A DNA stretch of 64,000 nucleotides from Trichosphaerium sp. ATCC 40318 (GCA_038496445.1 JALMLS010000474.1:74568-138567), one strand, 5' to 3'. Positions 1-13,039 are shown, numbered from the stretch's first letter. Made by a program: numbers and translations. The notes: generated by a model from the sequence alone, not told the origin.

Positions 1-688
1 AGATTGTTTCACCCCACTTTCGACCTTCTTTATCACATAGCCAACAGACATTGTCCTATTTCGCATGGGAATAGCGTTATGTGTACATAAAAACAAAAAA
101 CTGTAAAAACTCTACAACTATTTATTTGCACAGTGGCTTTAACATTGTGGGTTCGCTTGTTTTATAGTGCTTCATTGTGCCCAGCGCAAGGCTCGTTTAT
201 AAATTTCATCTGTTTGCTCTGTATCATCCAAGTACGTCGTATTGGTGTCACATGATTGTTTATTAGCAAGTTCCAAGTTTCGTACAAAAGTATTTAATGG
301 TGAAACGCCACTGTAATGAATCTTAGGTTCCTGAAATATCTCTTTTCTTTTAGTTCAAGCCTAGTTGTTCTAGATGGTGTATGAACATAAGTAACCCTTA
401 TGCAACTCTACAAGATACTAAAAGAGTATTTAACATGGTGGTACGAAGAGAAAGCCACGTGCATGACTCAAAACGTTTATTGTGAGTTTGGTCTGTACAC
501 TACTGGTGTAGTGACCTCAAAAGGGAGCTCCTGCCGTTCACTTTACAAGAGTAATTATAATTTGATTGATGGAATTCCGAAAAAATCAATCAAGTTAGGG
601 TCCAAAATAAATATTGTGTACCAGAAAACAACATAAACTGAATCAAGTTAGTCAATGCAATTATCATAATTTGGAATACACAACATCA

Positions 689-1679
689 ATGGCAACAAAA
701 CGCAAGGTACAACTCAAACTAGAAACAAAAAATTTGTATATAATCCGTGTTATCACACTCAACCAGGTCTGCCAAACTTTATCCCCCTTTTTTTTTTTTT
801 CTTCGAATATCAATCACTCACGATTCCGAAGAAAACTAATTTCTTACTGACAGATAACAACATCCAAAGTAAATATTGGTCATCTTTTTGACCTTCCAGT
901 GGAGCTACATCTCGATATTATCGATCTAGATCACGAATTGTCTGAAAAATGGGCGCTATAATCAAAACATACAGCAACGACCACAACGTTTGATAGTGAC
1001 TTGAATAAACACGGCAAATGGAAAGAATGGTACTACAACGGTACTTTAAGAAGACAATGATATTTTGTGAACGGTACCCAAGAGGGCGATTACAAATCGT
1101 GGGACTCCAAAGGCACACAGCTCAAGCAGTACCAGTACGTTGATGGTAAAATCGAAGGAGAATACAAGGAGTGGTATACCGATAATGGTATCTTGACAAA
1201 ACACTGTCATTACGTCAATGACAAGATTGAAGGAGAATACAAGGAATGGCGATACTCTGATGGTCTCTTGACAAAACACTGTCACTACGTCAAAGGCAAG
1301 ATTGAAGGAGAATACAAGGAGTGGCATACCGATGCTATCTTGAAGAAATACTGTCTCTATGTCAATGATAAACCAGAGGGTGAGGTTAACACATGGTATG
1401 AGTCAGGACAAAAAGAGTCCCAACGTACATACATAAATGGTGAAATTGAAGGTATCCAGCTTTTGGTATAAAAATGGTAAAATGTCAGAGACGCTTAGCT
1501 ACAAAAATGGAAAAGATGAAGGAGAATGCAAGAACTGGTACGAAAGCGGACAGATATATTGTATGCTGTATTATGTCAATGGTATAAGTGAAGGAGAGTA
1601 TAAGAGATGGCATGAAAACGGTCAATTACATCGACAAAATTACACTGAAAACAAATATACAACAAAGCACGTGTCTTAA
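689..1679 (+). pseudogene. F-box + MORN-variant (MORN_2/YwqK-like) repeat protein, disrupted
   Basis: Exon after acceptor at 853 reads HLFDLPVELHLDIIDLD (F-box-like). It is followed by about 9 repeats of type EGEYKEWYxxGxLxKHCHYVNGKI (ORFs 1067-1471 and 1437-1679). In-frame TAA near 960, TGA near 1058 and a frameshift near 1462. Confidence 0.75.
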
Positions 1680-2194
1680 TTATTACCTTGAGCTTTGAAA
1701 ACAAAACCGTATTAAGATTTTATTCTACTTCGTGGCAGCAACAACATCTAATACATCCCCAATCTAGGTACATATTGTTACAAGCTTTCTGAAACGCACT
1801 CTGGTCACTTTCGTTACACAGCACACACCACATAGAAGCATATGTAGCTATTGGAAGTAGATACACAAACAAAATGAGCCATATACCTAAACAACAGCGT
1901 CAGTCATTTTAAGATAGAATGGAAAAGAATTAACCTGGACCGGTACAATTCACAACTGTTGTATCTTCAGTTACCGACCATCTTCCAGCAACATTTGGAG
2001 TAGTGTAGGGAAAAACGACTATCCAGAAGAACCTTTGTTATATGTTGTTTAAAACGAGATTAGATGTAATAAAGCTGGTACGTACAAGCATACACTATAG
2101 CAGATCTGCGCTATTTTAGATAAGAAGACCATGATAGCTTAATAGTCATCAGTACAATTAATGGCATTATAGCAGTTTTTTTTCATGGTAATAG

Positions 2195-2765
2195 CTAGCA
2201 CGTGCTAGATTGAAGGCTAAAAGAAAACGAACCTGCGTTCGTCATAAACATAGAAACAACTCCAAATATGAACAAAAGAAGAAAACCCATAAACAAAGAT
2301 ACACTCGCCACTTTCATCCGCTCGGTAAAATTCCTATCGTCATATCCACGGATATCACGAGGCACAAAGTCGAAGTAACTCGTTCCTTTCTTGCCAACAG
2401 TCGATGCAATGTTTGATGGCACGTAAGACAAGCTCACAAACCTTGATGCAAAGAATCCAACCCAACGCACATCACTGTTATATCTACAAACGAATGAGTG
2501 AGTTGGCAAGGTGAGCTTTATTGTAGTTGTACTTGGAACCTTCCCAGCAATATACTGGATATATCATCACGAGTATGAAACAAATCAAAACGATTAATAG
2601 CCAAAGGATAATAAGCAATCGTTGGAAGTTCAGCACCTCCTTAGAGTCTTCACGTTCAAACCTTGATGCGTGCAGCGGTGATCTCGTTGGGGATATTCGC
2701 CTCCTGCTTGGAGTAATTGGCGTGGTTTCTTCATACTCAACCTCTATTCGCGTTATCTTTAACAT
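2195..2765 (-). CDS. Hypothetical two-TM membrane protein (one frameshift near 2505)
   Basis: Overlapping ORFs 2484-2765 and 2195-2509 join into one protein with two hydrophobic segments. Confidence 0.5.
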
Positions 2766-3299
2766 ATTTCAGCAGGAACTCGGTTACTTTTCTTTGAACA
2801 CGTGTTGAACGATAACGTTTTATACGCGTGCTAAAATGAAAGCAAGTAGATTGGTCACGTGTTTGGGTACCTTTTTGGTAGAAGAAAGTTATTTCTGGAA
2901 ACAGGTTGACTGGACACAGGCAAAAAAGTAACAGTACATACAGTCTTTAAAACACAAGGTGCTATTTCGTATTTTATACTGCAACTGGCCTACCACAATC
3001 AATCATTAGCTACAATTGAATTGTGATGCTGATTGATTAAATGGAGTAAGGGGGAACTAAAGGTTATACATCTGACTTACGCTCACAAGTTGTTCAGGAA
3101 TGGTTAACTAGAGCCGATTGATGTTTTTTTAGCAGAAATTGCACAGGAAAAAACAGACAGTCCATCCCAAACACGGACGCCTTGTAATCCTCATTCTTTT
3201 TAAAGCAATGGTCAGGTGTAAGTTCACGTACAATAAAAAGTTGTACCACAGAGGTCAAGAACAGTCTAAATCAAAAGCTTTCATATTCCAACAGGAAGG

Positions 3300-5638
3300 A
3301 TGACTACAATTCTAACATTGCCTCCAGAAGTCTTGCAAATGGTGCCATTGCCCAACCTCAGAGCCGTTTTGCTGTTAATGCGATTTATAGGTGTTAAAGT
3401 GCCTTTCACTTGAAGTATTACTTCCAAGCACTCAAGTACGCTCGTTGATATAACAAAGAAGGACTGTAAGCGTCAAACGGTGTTTTTAATGGAAAATATG
3501 GTTTTAGGTTTGTAAACGGTTTAGAGACGTCATTAACTCGCCATCAACGTGGAAAAAACCGTTAATTTCAAAATTAGGTATTGAATACAACAAAGGTAAG
3601 CATAGAACTGACAACACTAATTTTGTCAACTATTTTTTTATTCACTGAATTTTTTTAGTCGATGAAGCCATTCGCCTTGCTGGTGCAACGTGGCCTATTA
3701 TGGCAAATATCATTACTGAACCAACTCATTTAATGCTTTGGAGGTTTACAGTAATAGACCAAGTATGTGAAAGCACCAAAACAGAATGCTGGGCAGAAGG
3801 TGGTTGACTTTGATTTTTTAGCTTCTGTATGAACCTATACTGGCCGATAAAGATAACTTTGTTTTTGATGGCTCATCTTCTTCTCGTACTTCAAAATGTG
3901 ATATTTCAAGATTGAAATTATGTACATTGGAGGGGTTCACAAAGCTAGTTTGTCACAGGTTCAAGTTCTGTAGATTGGAAACTGTCAAAGACTTAGGACT
4001 GAAGGCTCTTCCTTATGACTTATCAAGTAAGTTGTGACTTTTCTTTTGCCATTAACAGCACATGCACACTATCAACCTTTTGATTATAATTAGGTGAGTT
4101 CCTCGGATTTGCAGCAGTAGAAATTTTAAAGCAAACAGAGTATGAGAAACAGTTTTTCGAATGCTTGAAAAATGAATACAAACAACGTTCTGGAATAAGT
4201 GGCTTTAGGTACCTTTTCAAACTAGTTCTTTGTTAATTAACATAGTCACTGTAGGCTTGTTCAGTTCTTGTGCTATATTATTTCTCACTTGCCATTGCCA
4301 AGAGTAGTACTATGTGACAAAGTAACTGTTGTAACCAAGTTCAAAGCAGGAACATTGTTAGATATTCTTCCTTATGACTTTTCATCTCTTGTTGAAGTAC
4401 TCACGCCTTATCACCATAATCTCCTTCAAACAGCTCTGATAGAACGTATTAAATACTGTAATTTAAATAATGTACGTGGTATTGTTACTGGCGTAAGAAG
4501 GTATTAATTGTACAGGTTTCGTTAAACCTGTGTTGCTATCGTGGAACTCGCATGGATTCATGTAGTTCTTATGAACGCCGAGCGAAATTCAAGGATAAGA
4601 GCCTTCCGTGGTGGGAGCTAAAACCATTAGAAGTTGCTAAAGAGTATACATTGATGACGCACAAAGTGTACGGATTCTAAGGACGTGTGAAAAGCCAAAA
4701 AGCCAACTTAGAAATTTTAGGATTCGAGAATGTTCAATTCACTTGTATTTTTCTCATAACCCACACACCTCTGAAATAGAGTCTTGCGTTCAACAATACA
4801 ACAACGTAATGCCAAAAGTTTTAGTACTGTTTCACAGAGACTAATTTTAATGTAGGGTACAATGTATCTTATGTCAACTATTCTCGCAATTGAAGATGTC
4901 CAAAAAAGGGCAAACAGAATTAAGTATTTGATTCAAGTAATGTCTTGTTTTTATGATCTTGGTAACGTATCAGGTGGTGCCATGATTTTAGGAGTACTAA
5001 AAAATGGAGCTATATACAGATTAAGACATACTTGGCACATAGTACGTCCAGTAAAAAATGTGGCTTCTAACAACTTTCTTCTTTTAGGTATTGAAAAAGA
5101 AATCAGTCAAGATGCTTTACTCTAAACTCTTGAAGTTTTATACCACACAAAATTTTTTTGAGGTACCTACGATTTGTGATACAACAGTTCAATTACAAAA
5201 CATGGCGAACAAGTTCAACAGTTTTGATTTTTTTTACACCAATAAAAATTTCCTGTTGCAGTGGCTTTTTGGGCTTTGCTTTAGGTGATTAAACCCTTGC
5301 CCCTTATCCAATTTAGCTATATGAGGTTGACTTACCATTATATCTAGACTAGAGCTATAAAAAGATTGCCACAAGTACCTTCCATAGGTCTTTTTCTTAT
5401 GGACATGTACTTTATTGGTGAATCTCATGCTGTTTTTATTAATGATAAGCTCAATTTAAAACGTTGTCATATGCTTTTAAAAGTACAGAGTGAGTTGAGT
5501 AAAATGCTTGTACCATGCTATAACTACAAGTCTATTGGTTGGATAAGGAAAAAGATTGAAGAATGGCACACAGATTTAACTGAAACTGATTTTCATCATA
5601 TCTCTCTGAAGCTAGAACGAGGCTCGTTTAAGAAATGA
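3300..5638 (+). CDS. Multi-exon F-box + RasGEF (CDC25-like) protein
   Basis: Spliced N-terminus MTTILTLPPEVLQM|VLKCLSLEVLL fits F-box. CDC25 motifs PLEVAKEYTL, STIL..EDVQKRA..IKYLI..CFYDLGN..IYRLRHTW and PQVPSIGLFLMDMYFIGE..LNLKR. Confidence 0.8.
3465..3551. repeat. ~80 bp dispersed repeat, copy 1 (copy 2 at 8185-8261)
   Basis: Shared core CGGTGTTTTTAATGGAAAATATGGTTTTAGGTTTGTAAACGGTTTAGAG. Confidence 0.9.
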
Positions 5639-6046
5639 TGTTGTTGTATCAAAACTGTAATTACTTAAGAACATTAACTGGTAGATTCTCATGTAGATGG
5701 CTTAAAAATACGATAATTGGAATTATGTACAACTCGTTGTGCATTACTGCAAACTTACTTTCGATAAATAGCAAAATTCGCATTTGAAAAAAATTTTCTT
5801 GGTTTATTCTATCGCTTTTACGGTGAGACAAAAAGGCACAAATTACATCCTTATTACTGTCCTAAACCATGTCTTTACATCCTCACAATATTTGAGACTT
5901 TTTTGAAATACAGCGACTGAGGTTAGGAGCAGCAAAAAATTTACGTCCTAAGATATGCCTACAATAGTATAGTCTCATAAATGAACGTAACTTCCTACAT
6001 ACTCTAGCTAAATCACCTTTCTTTATTGTATCTGTAAAAGTAGTAC

Positions 6047-7522
6047 TTACATACGCGCTTTGGTTTCCATCCCTTCTTTAGTACCATTGAGTGCTTTGAT
6101 ACATTCTTTAGATATTGAAGTGTGATAAAGGTAAATAGTACGAGCTCCAGCAAGTACTTTAACACCTTCGTCAGTTACTGAAGTGTTACTAAGGTCAATA
6201 TAATGGATTCCAGCAAGTGCTTTAACGCCTTTATCAGTTACTGAAGTGTTACTAAGGCGAATAGTACGGACTCCAGCAAGTGCTTTAACGCCTTCATCAG
6301 TTACTGAAGTGCCATTAAGGGTAATAGAATGGACTCCAGCAAGTGCTTTAACGCCTTCATCAGTTACTTTAGTGTCACTGAGGTCAATAGTATGGACTCC
6401 AGCAAGCGCTATAACACCCTTATCTGTCACATTCTCACATTGGGATATGTAAATTTTGTGAACACCTTTCAGTGCTCGAATACCTTCGTCAGTTACTGAA
6501 CTCTTATCGAGGTGAATAGTATGGACTCCAGCAAGTGCTTTAACGCCTGTATCAGTTACTGAAGTATTGTGACTAAGGTAAACAGTATGAGCTCCAGCAA
6601 GCGCTATAACACCCTTATCTGTCACATTCTCACATTGGGATATGTAAATTTTGTGAACACCTTTCAGTGCTCGAATACCTTCATCAGTTACTGAACTCTT
6701 ATCGAGGTGAATAGTATGGACTCCAGCAAGTGCTTTAACGCCTTCATCAGTTACTTTAGTGTTACTAAGGTCAATAGTATGGGTGCCAGCAAGTGCTTTA
6801 ACGCCTTTGTCAGTTACTGAGGTGTTACTAAGGTCAATATCATGTGCTCCAGCAAGTACTTTAACACCTTCGTCAGTTACTGAAGTATTGTAAAGGTAAA
6901 TAGTATGGGTGCCAGCAAGTGCTTTAATACCTTCATCAGTTACTTTAGTGTTACTAAGGTCAATAGTATGGGTGCCAGTAAGTGCTTTAACGCCTTTGTC
7001 AGTTACTGAGGTGTGACTAAGGTCAATATCATGTGCTCCAGCAAGTGCTTTAACACCTTCGTCAGTTACTAAGGTGCCAGCAAGGTGAATAGTATGGACT
7101 CCAGCAAGTGCTTTAACGCCTTTATCTGTTACTTCATTGTTACTTAGGTCAATAGTATGGACTCCAGCAAGTGCTACAACGCCTTCATCAGTTACGTAAG
7201 AACGATAAAGCTCAATAGTATGAACTCCTGCAAACTGCTTGACAATGCTGTTATCAACACGCCATCCAAGGCAGATTCTTGTGTATTTCAGAATACCAAC
7301 ATGTTTTACAGCTGATTTTGCTTGAGTTAACGTTTTTATCATAATAGCATGGTATCCAATAATGTCATGAACAATAGAAGCAAGTAAACGACAGGTTTGA
7401 CAAGCCGCAAAGCGTGATTTTGTTGTTTGACGCAAGATGTGTGCTAATATCTCTGGCGGTAGGTGTAGCAAACTTGTGCCGGTCGTACTGTTAATTATAG
7501 AACCCTTTGAGGTAGAAAGCAT
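6047..7522 (-). CDS. Intronless F-box + LRR protein (about 18 repeats of 21 aa/63 bp)
   Basis: LLHLPPEILAHIL...CQTCRLL F-box, followed by repeats of HTIxLxxTxVTDxGVKALAG. Confidence 0.92.
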   Translation of the reverse strand: MLSTSKGSIINSTTGTSLLHLPPEILAHILRQTTKSRFAACQTCRLLASIVHDIIGYHAIMIKTLTQAKSAVKHVGILKYTRICLGWRVDNSIVKQFAGVHTIELYRSYVTDEGVVALAGVHTIDLSNNEVTDKGVKALAGVHTIHLAGTLVTDEGVKALAGAHDIDLSHTSVTDKGVKALTGTHTIDLSNTKVTDEGIKALAGTHTIYLYNTSVTDEGVKVLAGAHDIDLSNTSVTDKGVKALAGTHTIDLSNTKVTDEGVKALAGVHTIHLDKSSVTDEGIRALKGVHKIYISQCENVTDKGVIALAGAHTVYLSHNTSVTDTGVKALAGVHTIHLDKSSVTDEGIRALKGVHKIYISQCENVTDKGVIALAGVHTIDLSDTKVTDEGVKALAGVHSITLNGTSVTDEGVKALAGVRTIRLSNTSVTDKGVKALAGIHYIDLSNTSVTDEGVKVLAGARTIYLYHTSISKECIKALNGTKEGMETKARM

Positions 7523-7796
7523 AATATCAACGTCTTTGTTTAATGTGGAAGCCTAACAATTTAACACGTGTTTTATCGATGACCTAAAGTAGAGGTCTTA
7601 CTTTTCGCTTTTGATAACTGGCTAAGTCGCATAAAACTGTTTAAGGCGATAGTCACTCAAGCTTAAAGGACCTGAAAACGTTTACTATATTAATAACACC
7701 ATTTAGCACGTGATCCAGCGCCAACAACTTATACTACTACTTCCCAAAAAATAAGACAGCAATTTCAAGGCAAGTCTTTTGTTAGCGCACGTGTGT

Positions 7797-8060
7797 CATG
7801 ACATTAGATGATAAATGCTTTTGGCTGTAATATTTCTACAACCATGTAGATAAATGTTATGAACACCACCAAGTGATTCGATAGCCTCACCTGTGATACC
7901 ATTCCAATGACTTAGATCAATAGTATGGCATTGTGAAAGCACTTTGACATTCTCATCTGTAACACCAGTAAACTTTGCAAGGTTAATAGAATAGACACTA
8001 GCAAGTGATTTGATATCGCTGTAACATTGTCACATGAATAAGATCAATTGTGTATCTCTT
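7797..8060 (-). pseudogene. Degenerate LRR gene fragment
   Basis: Minus strand reads VTDENVKVLSQCHTIDLSHWNGITGEAIESLGGVHNIYLHGCRNIT. No intact start. Confidence 0.65.
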
Positions 8061-8184
8061 GAGAATCTGCTAATCTTTGCAACTTTTTGCTGTTTGTGAC
8101 TTTTGGTTTTCGTGTTTAGTCAGATCTGACAGATCTTGCAACTTCTGTTAGTTCTTACAAGATCTTGTTAGTTCTTGGTTGGAT

Positions 8185-8261
8185 TGTAAGCGCCAATCGG
8201 TGTTTTTAATGGAAAATATGGTTTTAGGTTTGTAAACGGTTTAGAGCCGTCAATCAACGTG
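8185..8261. repeat. ~80 bp dispersed repeat, copy 2
   Basis: Near-identical to 3465-3551. Confidence 0.9.
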
Positions 8262-8427
8262 CTTACATTCCCATCAAATTTATTCTCTGTTCAAACATGA
8301 AATGGTTGTTAGTACTGTTATAAATGGTAGCAAGTACTATCTTTGTAATCGAAAAGAATGTGTTGTTTTTTGTATTTTTGGTTGTTCAGGCTGAGTTCAG
8401 CTTGGATTTTGACTCATTTTTCTACAG

Positions 8428-8586
8428 GTTGTAGTTAGTTTTCATGGCCAGCGACAACAAACAAAGCCTTAATTTAATAGCCAGCATGTTACCTTTCAAG
8501 AAAATCATTTACTTTAACTATAACAGTATGTTTGATGTACACATACTTAAATTGGTTGTAATGGACAACGATGTTGTTGGGGAAAG
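8428..8586 (+). pseudogene. Possible C2-domain exon remnant
   Basis: Reads VVVSFHGQRQQTK...LKLVVMDNDVVG followed by a GTACGT donor. Frame is disrupted. Confidence 0.35.
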
Positions 8587-9341
8587 TACGTAGCCCTTAC
8601 CCTTTTCTCATCTTTTTAACTTAACCCTTGTTGATATTTGCATCTCATAACTAATCTTTGAAGTGAAATTAACCTTCTACATTGCTTTGTAAACAGAGCA
8701 ATATTGCAGTTTTTAAAACATGATTTTTCCTTTTCCTTTTTGCTAATTTCGGGCATTCTTTTTGGATAGTAGTTGCTCTAAAAGGATTGAATACATACTA
8801 AATTAAATGATTAGGTTTTATGTTGATTTAAAAGAGTTTATTGTGGAGTAAACATCCAGACTAGGAACTCGAAAATGTTAAAAGTGGTTGTATCCATTTA
8901 ATGTTGAGTTTGATCCTCTGGAAGACTCCTTTTTTACTTTCTCACAGTACAGGCATGATAATTATGTTAATAATAAAGAAAAACAAAGAACCGCTTTACC
9001 GACTCATGTTTGTATCTAGCTCGCTAGATAGTGTTCTTGCATGATTGTAAAGCTACCTGTATCCGATGGTTTACTATTTGGTTACGAATATTCGTCACGT
9101 GACACTGTACTTTTTCTAACCTTCCTTTGTGGTAGAGTTACAGATGTCACAACGCATCTGTAAACATGGGAAGGTTGGAACAGGAAAGATATAAACTAAA
9201 ACTATTCAAACCAGTCTCGGGAACTGGCTAGATTTTTACGTGGTTGAATGGCGCTAACAATATGCGAGCCGAGTCCGTCGAGCAAACTTCGTTGACCATT
9301 TTGTAGCTTCTACTTTCAGTATTACAAACATTACACGTTTT

Positions 9342-9698
9342 ATGGCGGAGCCACAAACTTCATCGGTTAATTTACAATATGTTAACCGTTTGGCCACTGG
9401 TTACAACCATTCAATGGTAATCGCAGACGATGGCTTTGTTTACACAAGTTGGCATGAGAATGGAAACCTGGAAAGGCAGTGTTACTACATAGGCGGTTGC
9501 CTTGAAGGAGAAGATAGGAGATGGCACAGTAATGGTAATTTATGGACGCGTGATCATTACGTGAATGATGAAAAAGAAGGCAAGAGCAAGGCTTGGTATA
9601 AGAATGGGCAGTTACATTACCTTGAAAACTATGTTAATGGTAGAAGGATTACAACAGAGTTAGAAAAAGAAAGGCACATTAAGGAAACAATAAAATAG
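9342..9698 (+). CDS. Chimeric ORF: RCC1-family N-terminus (35 aa) fused in frame to MORN-variant repeats
   Basis: MAEPQTSSVNLQYVNRLATGYNHSMVIADDGFVYT matches the RCC1 genes. It continues SWHENGNLERQCYYIGGCLEGEDRRWHSNG... Confidence 0.85.
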   Translation: MAEPQTSSVNLQYVNRLATGYNHSMVIADDGFVYTSWHENGNLERQCYYIGGCLEGEDRRWHSNGNLWTRDHYVNDEKEGKSKAWYKNGQLHYLENYVNGRRITTELEKERHIKETIK

Positions 9699-10173
9699 TA
9701 TTCACGGTGTTATAAAATGGCAAGTGGCAAGTACAGTGGTATGACTGTGAGAACGCAAATAATGGCCCAAATTTTGAACGTAATAGTGAATCATGCACCT
9801 AAATAGAAATGTTGTATTCGAGCAAACTTTACCATTGTTCTACGTTAATAAAAATGTAAGAACATTACTTTTCATTCATCTGGTTTATAGTACAGTATAC
9901 TGAATCACTGGCGTATCCTTCCTTGTAACTCAGATAATCATCAAAGGATTTTTCACACGTACATAATTGGTTGTATAATTTAAACGCTCAAGGAGGGCTC
10001 ACCCGAAATCCCAGTCGTGTTCACGTTTTGACACGAGAAGGGTATCGACTGATAAGAAAGGCAAAACTGTATTTTGATTTTACGGTAAACATATTGCAGT
10101 TTTAGAAGCGAAAACAGTGCAACAGGAAGAACACGTGTTTACCAACTGAAACGTCACCAAACAAAATCTAAAG

Positions 10174-12139
10174 TTACAATGTGTTATTATTGGGATTGTA
10201 CGTTCTATATTTCGATATGCTGTTCTGGAACGGTATTTTTGGAATAGTATTTATTGTTGTCTAACAATCTCCTTTCTACGCGGTTTCATAAGTGTCTTTA
10301 CGCTTTATCCTTTTGAGTATACAAGCAAGAACTGTAATAGCAAATCCTAATGTATCATATTAGCACTAAATATTCGGGAGGAAAGGCGAACAGTGAGTAC
10401 CAATAATAGGCAAGATACCAAGAACAATATTAACAATGAGTTCTGTGTTCTTTTTTTTAGCTGGATTATTACATCCTGTATTACCATAGATGCCATATTC
10501 TACTTCTTTTGGGGCTTCACATAGTTTACAAGATATACTACCAATATTCTCAGTGTATTTCTTACCACTACAAGCGCTACATCCTTCTATTTTAGTCCTG
10601 CAACAGAATTAGTTGTGCTACTGATTTTGTTTAACTACCAGATTTGGCCTGAGTGGCAGTTACACACATCCTCGCCTTGTGGATTCTTTACTAGACCTGG
10701 ATCACACCTCCAACACGTGAAAAGATCGTGTACATGGCTGTATTTGTATTCAGGACAGGACACTTAACAAAAAATATCAGAGAAATCAATGAGAACAGGT
10801 AACTTACAAGCACAACCGAATGTGTTGCCTGAAATTTCAAGTTGTGTCACCGTATCAATAAGTAGAATATCTCTCCTCTTGATCTAAGAACAAAAAGTTA
10901 AAGAAGGCTTTGGGTTTATTGATAGATAACGTACACAATCGAAATGGTTGTTTGTGATCGATACACTTCCTTGCTTATAAGTAGAAGAATCCAAATTCAC
11001 AAATGTGTTGTTTCCATAGAATTTATTGGAATCAATGGTCAGTAACCGGCTTGATAATGTTATACAGCCTCCGGTATACTGTCGAGAGCACGCGTTTACT
11101 TTGTTGTTTATGAATTTTAAAGAAGTTCCATAAAAGTCATAACTTCCAGTGTCTTCAAACACGTTACCATCCAAAATGACATGGTATGAATCTATATATT
11201 GGATTTAGTAGACGTTAGAGAAATGTGTTTTCTCTGCCTGAAATGTATTGGTCAGATCTTGAAAATGTTGACGCTGTTACACTAAGGGTTGATGAAGGCT
11301 TTGCATAGGTTGTAAATAAACTGAGTCGTTGTTGGATTGTACAATTAAAGAGTTTGAGGTTGAAAAGATTGTTTCTTCCCGATATTATAAATATGTCACC
11401 TACACGTGATGAGTATACGTACAGAAAAATAGAATAGTATTAGACGTAGCAAACATAGCTAAATAATCGATCTATAAGCGACAGTGATATGTCAAACAAC
11501 AGAATTGACCCGGATTATCGACAACAAAAAAACAAAATAACAAAAAGTAATCACGCACTTTTGAAGAGAGTTACTAACGTGGAATGAGAAACTGTCAAAT
11601 TAAGACTCGATTCATTGTTTAAAGATTTTGCCCATAAATTAATATCTTGGAATCCTTCAACCATCAGAGACGTTTCGTTGTACAAAAACTAAAGAAAAAA
11701 CATTTAGCAATTTGCTTTCACAGAGTTGTTTATGTACATACCTGGATGGTATCGTATACCTTTTCTCCTGATCCAGTCCAATCCATGTACCGAATTACCA
11801 CTGTACCTTTAAAAGCCAACAAGACATGCTCGCTCGTGTTCGAGGGAACGTACACTCCGCCTGTTTTCGTTGTTACAAGCTCAGTTTAAACTATCGTATA
11901 CCTGCAACGCATATAGTACAGACCGTAGAAGAGCATAGAGATGTCCTATTTAATGCTTGGTGTATAGATCCGAAAGGAGACGACATAGACCCAGTCTTAA
12001 TCTCTTGTTAGGTTATAAAATACAATGTTTAATGGCAGCGTACGTTGCTAGTATTGTAGTTTGGGGCAACATAGATATCACACGAAGCTACGACACGACC
12101 GAAAATAAGTATAGATAGTATAACTACGAGCAGGTGCAT
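10174..12139 (-). CDS. Multi-exon type I membrane protein: signal peptide, probable pectin-lyase-like beta-helix, Cys-rich repeats, TM
   Basis: MHLLVVILSIL start. Asn-rich beta-helix-like exons (LTIDSNKFYGN, SITNNHF), CxxC/CPxG exons and hydrophobic LIVNIVLGILPIIG segment. Confidence 0.6.
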
Positions 12140-13039
12140 TGATAGTGATATGCGTTGGGTAATGTTCAGTGTAACAGTGAACATAAAAATTGAAAAAATA
12201 AAAAAAACCCATCAGTCACGTGACGAATTGTAATACAATAAAGGTGCGTTTAAAAAATCATCTAATTGGGTAGTTCAAATAATCATTTTAACGCACTTCA
12301 TAGTCCGGCTACACTTGTATTAGTACAACGTTTTAAGAGTATGCATAACCTACTGGACACGCAGATAAAAATTGCCAATTTTCGGTGATAATTGCAACTT
12401 GCAAGTTACACGAACAATTTATTGAACCCAAAGGTAAAAACTGAGGTAACCACATAACAAGGTTTGTTAATTAAATCGGTATTACAATATGCTGCTCATG
12501 TATGTTTGGCTAAACAGACAGTACTCTTTACACCAAATACGTGGACAAATGCTATCCGTATGTGAGCTATCACGTGCTTTTCAGCGTCCTTCAGTTTGGC
12601 TTCAATTGAGTCATTTGTCCTTTTTTAAAATGTATTCCGTAGGTGCAAATACGGCGTGTACACTCTTTATTACGCGTCTACAGTATCAGTGGGTTTTTGT
12701 ACAATCCGGGGAAATATTAAAAATACTATAATAGCAAGCGTTATAAAACGTTTCTTTACACATAAAAATGAGTATTGGGAGGATAGAAAAAATGGTTTAC
12801 ATCGAACATTTCCTTCACTCTGTTTTCATTTTACATGCTTTGCCAGTCACATGTCCTTCGTATTTTTTGCTTTTGTAGTTGTTCTTTCGTCTTGGCGGTG
12901 GACATAATGACAAAAGTAATAGTCCAATACACTCTACAAACGAGTATCGTCGTGGTTGCTTCAAAAGATATAATTTCACGAGCTTGCTTTTCGTTTAACG
13001 CCTTAAGATCCCTTACAACCAAGTGTTGATTATATTTAA

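Noticed and set aside
1055-1062. TGA reassignment (TGA at a Cys position in the MORN gene)
   Set aside because: Single case in an otherwise disrupted gene. TGA ends other genes normally (5638, 45048).
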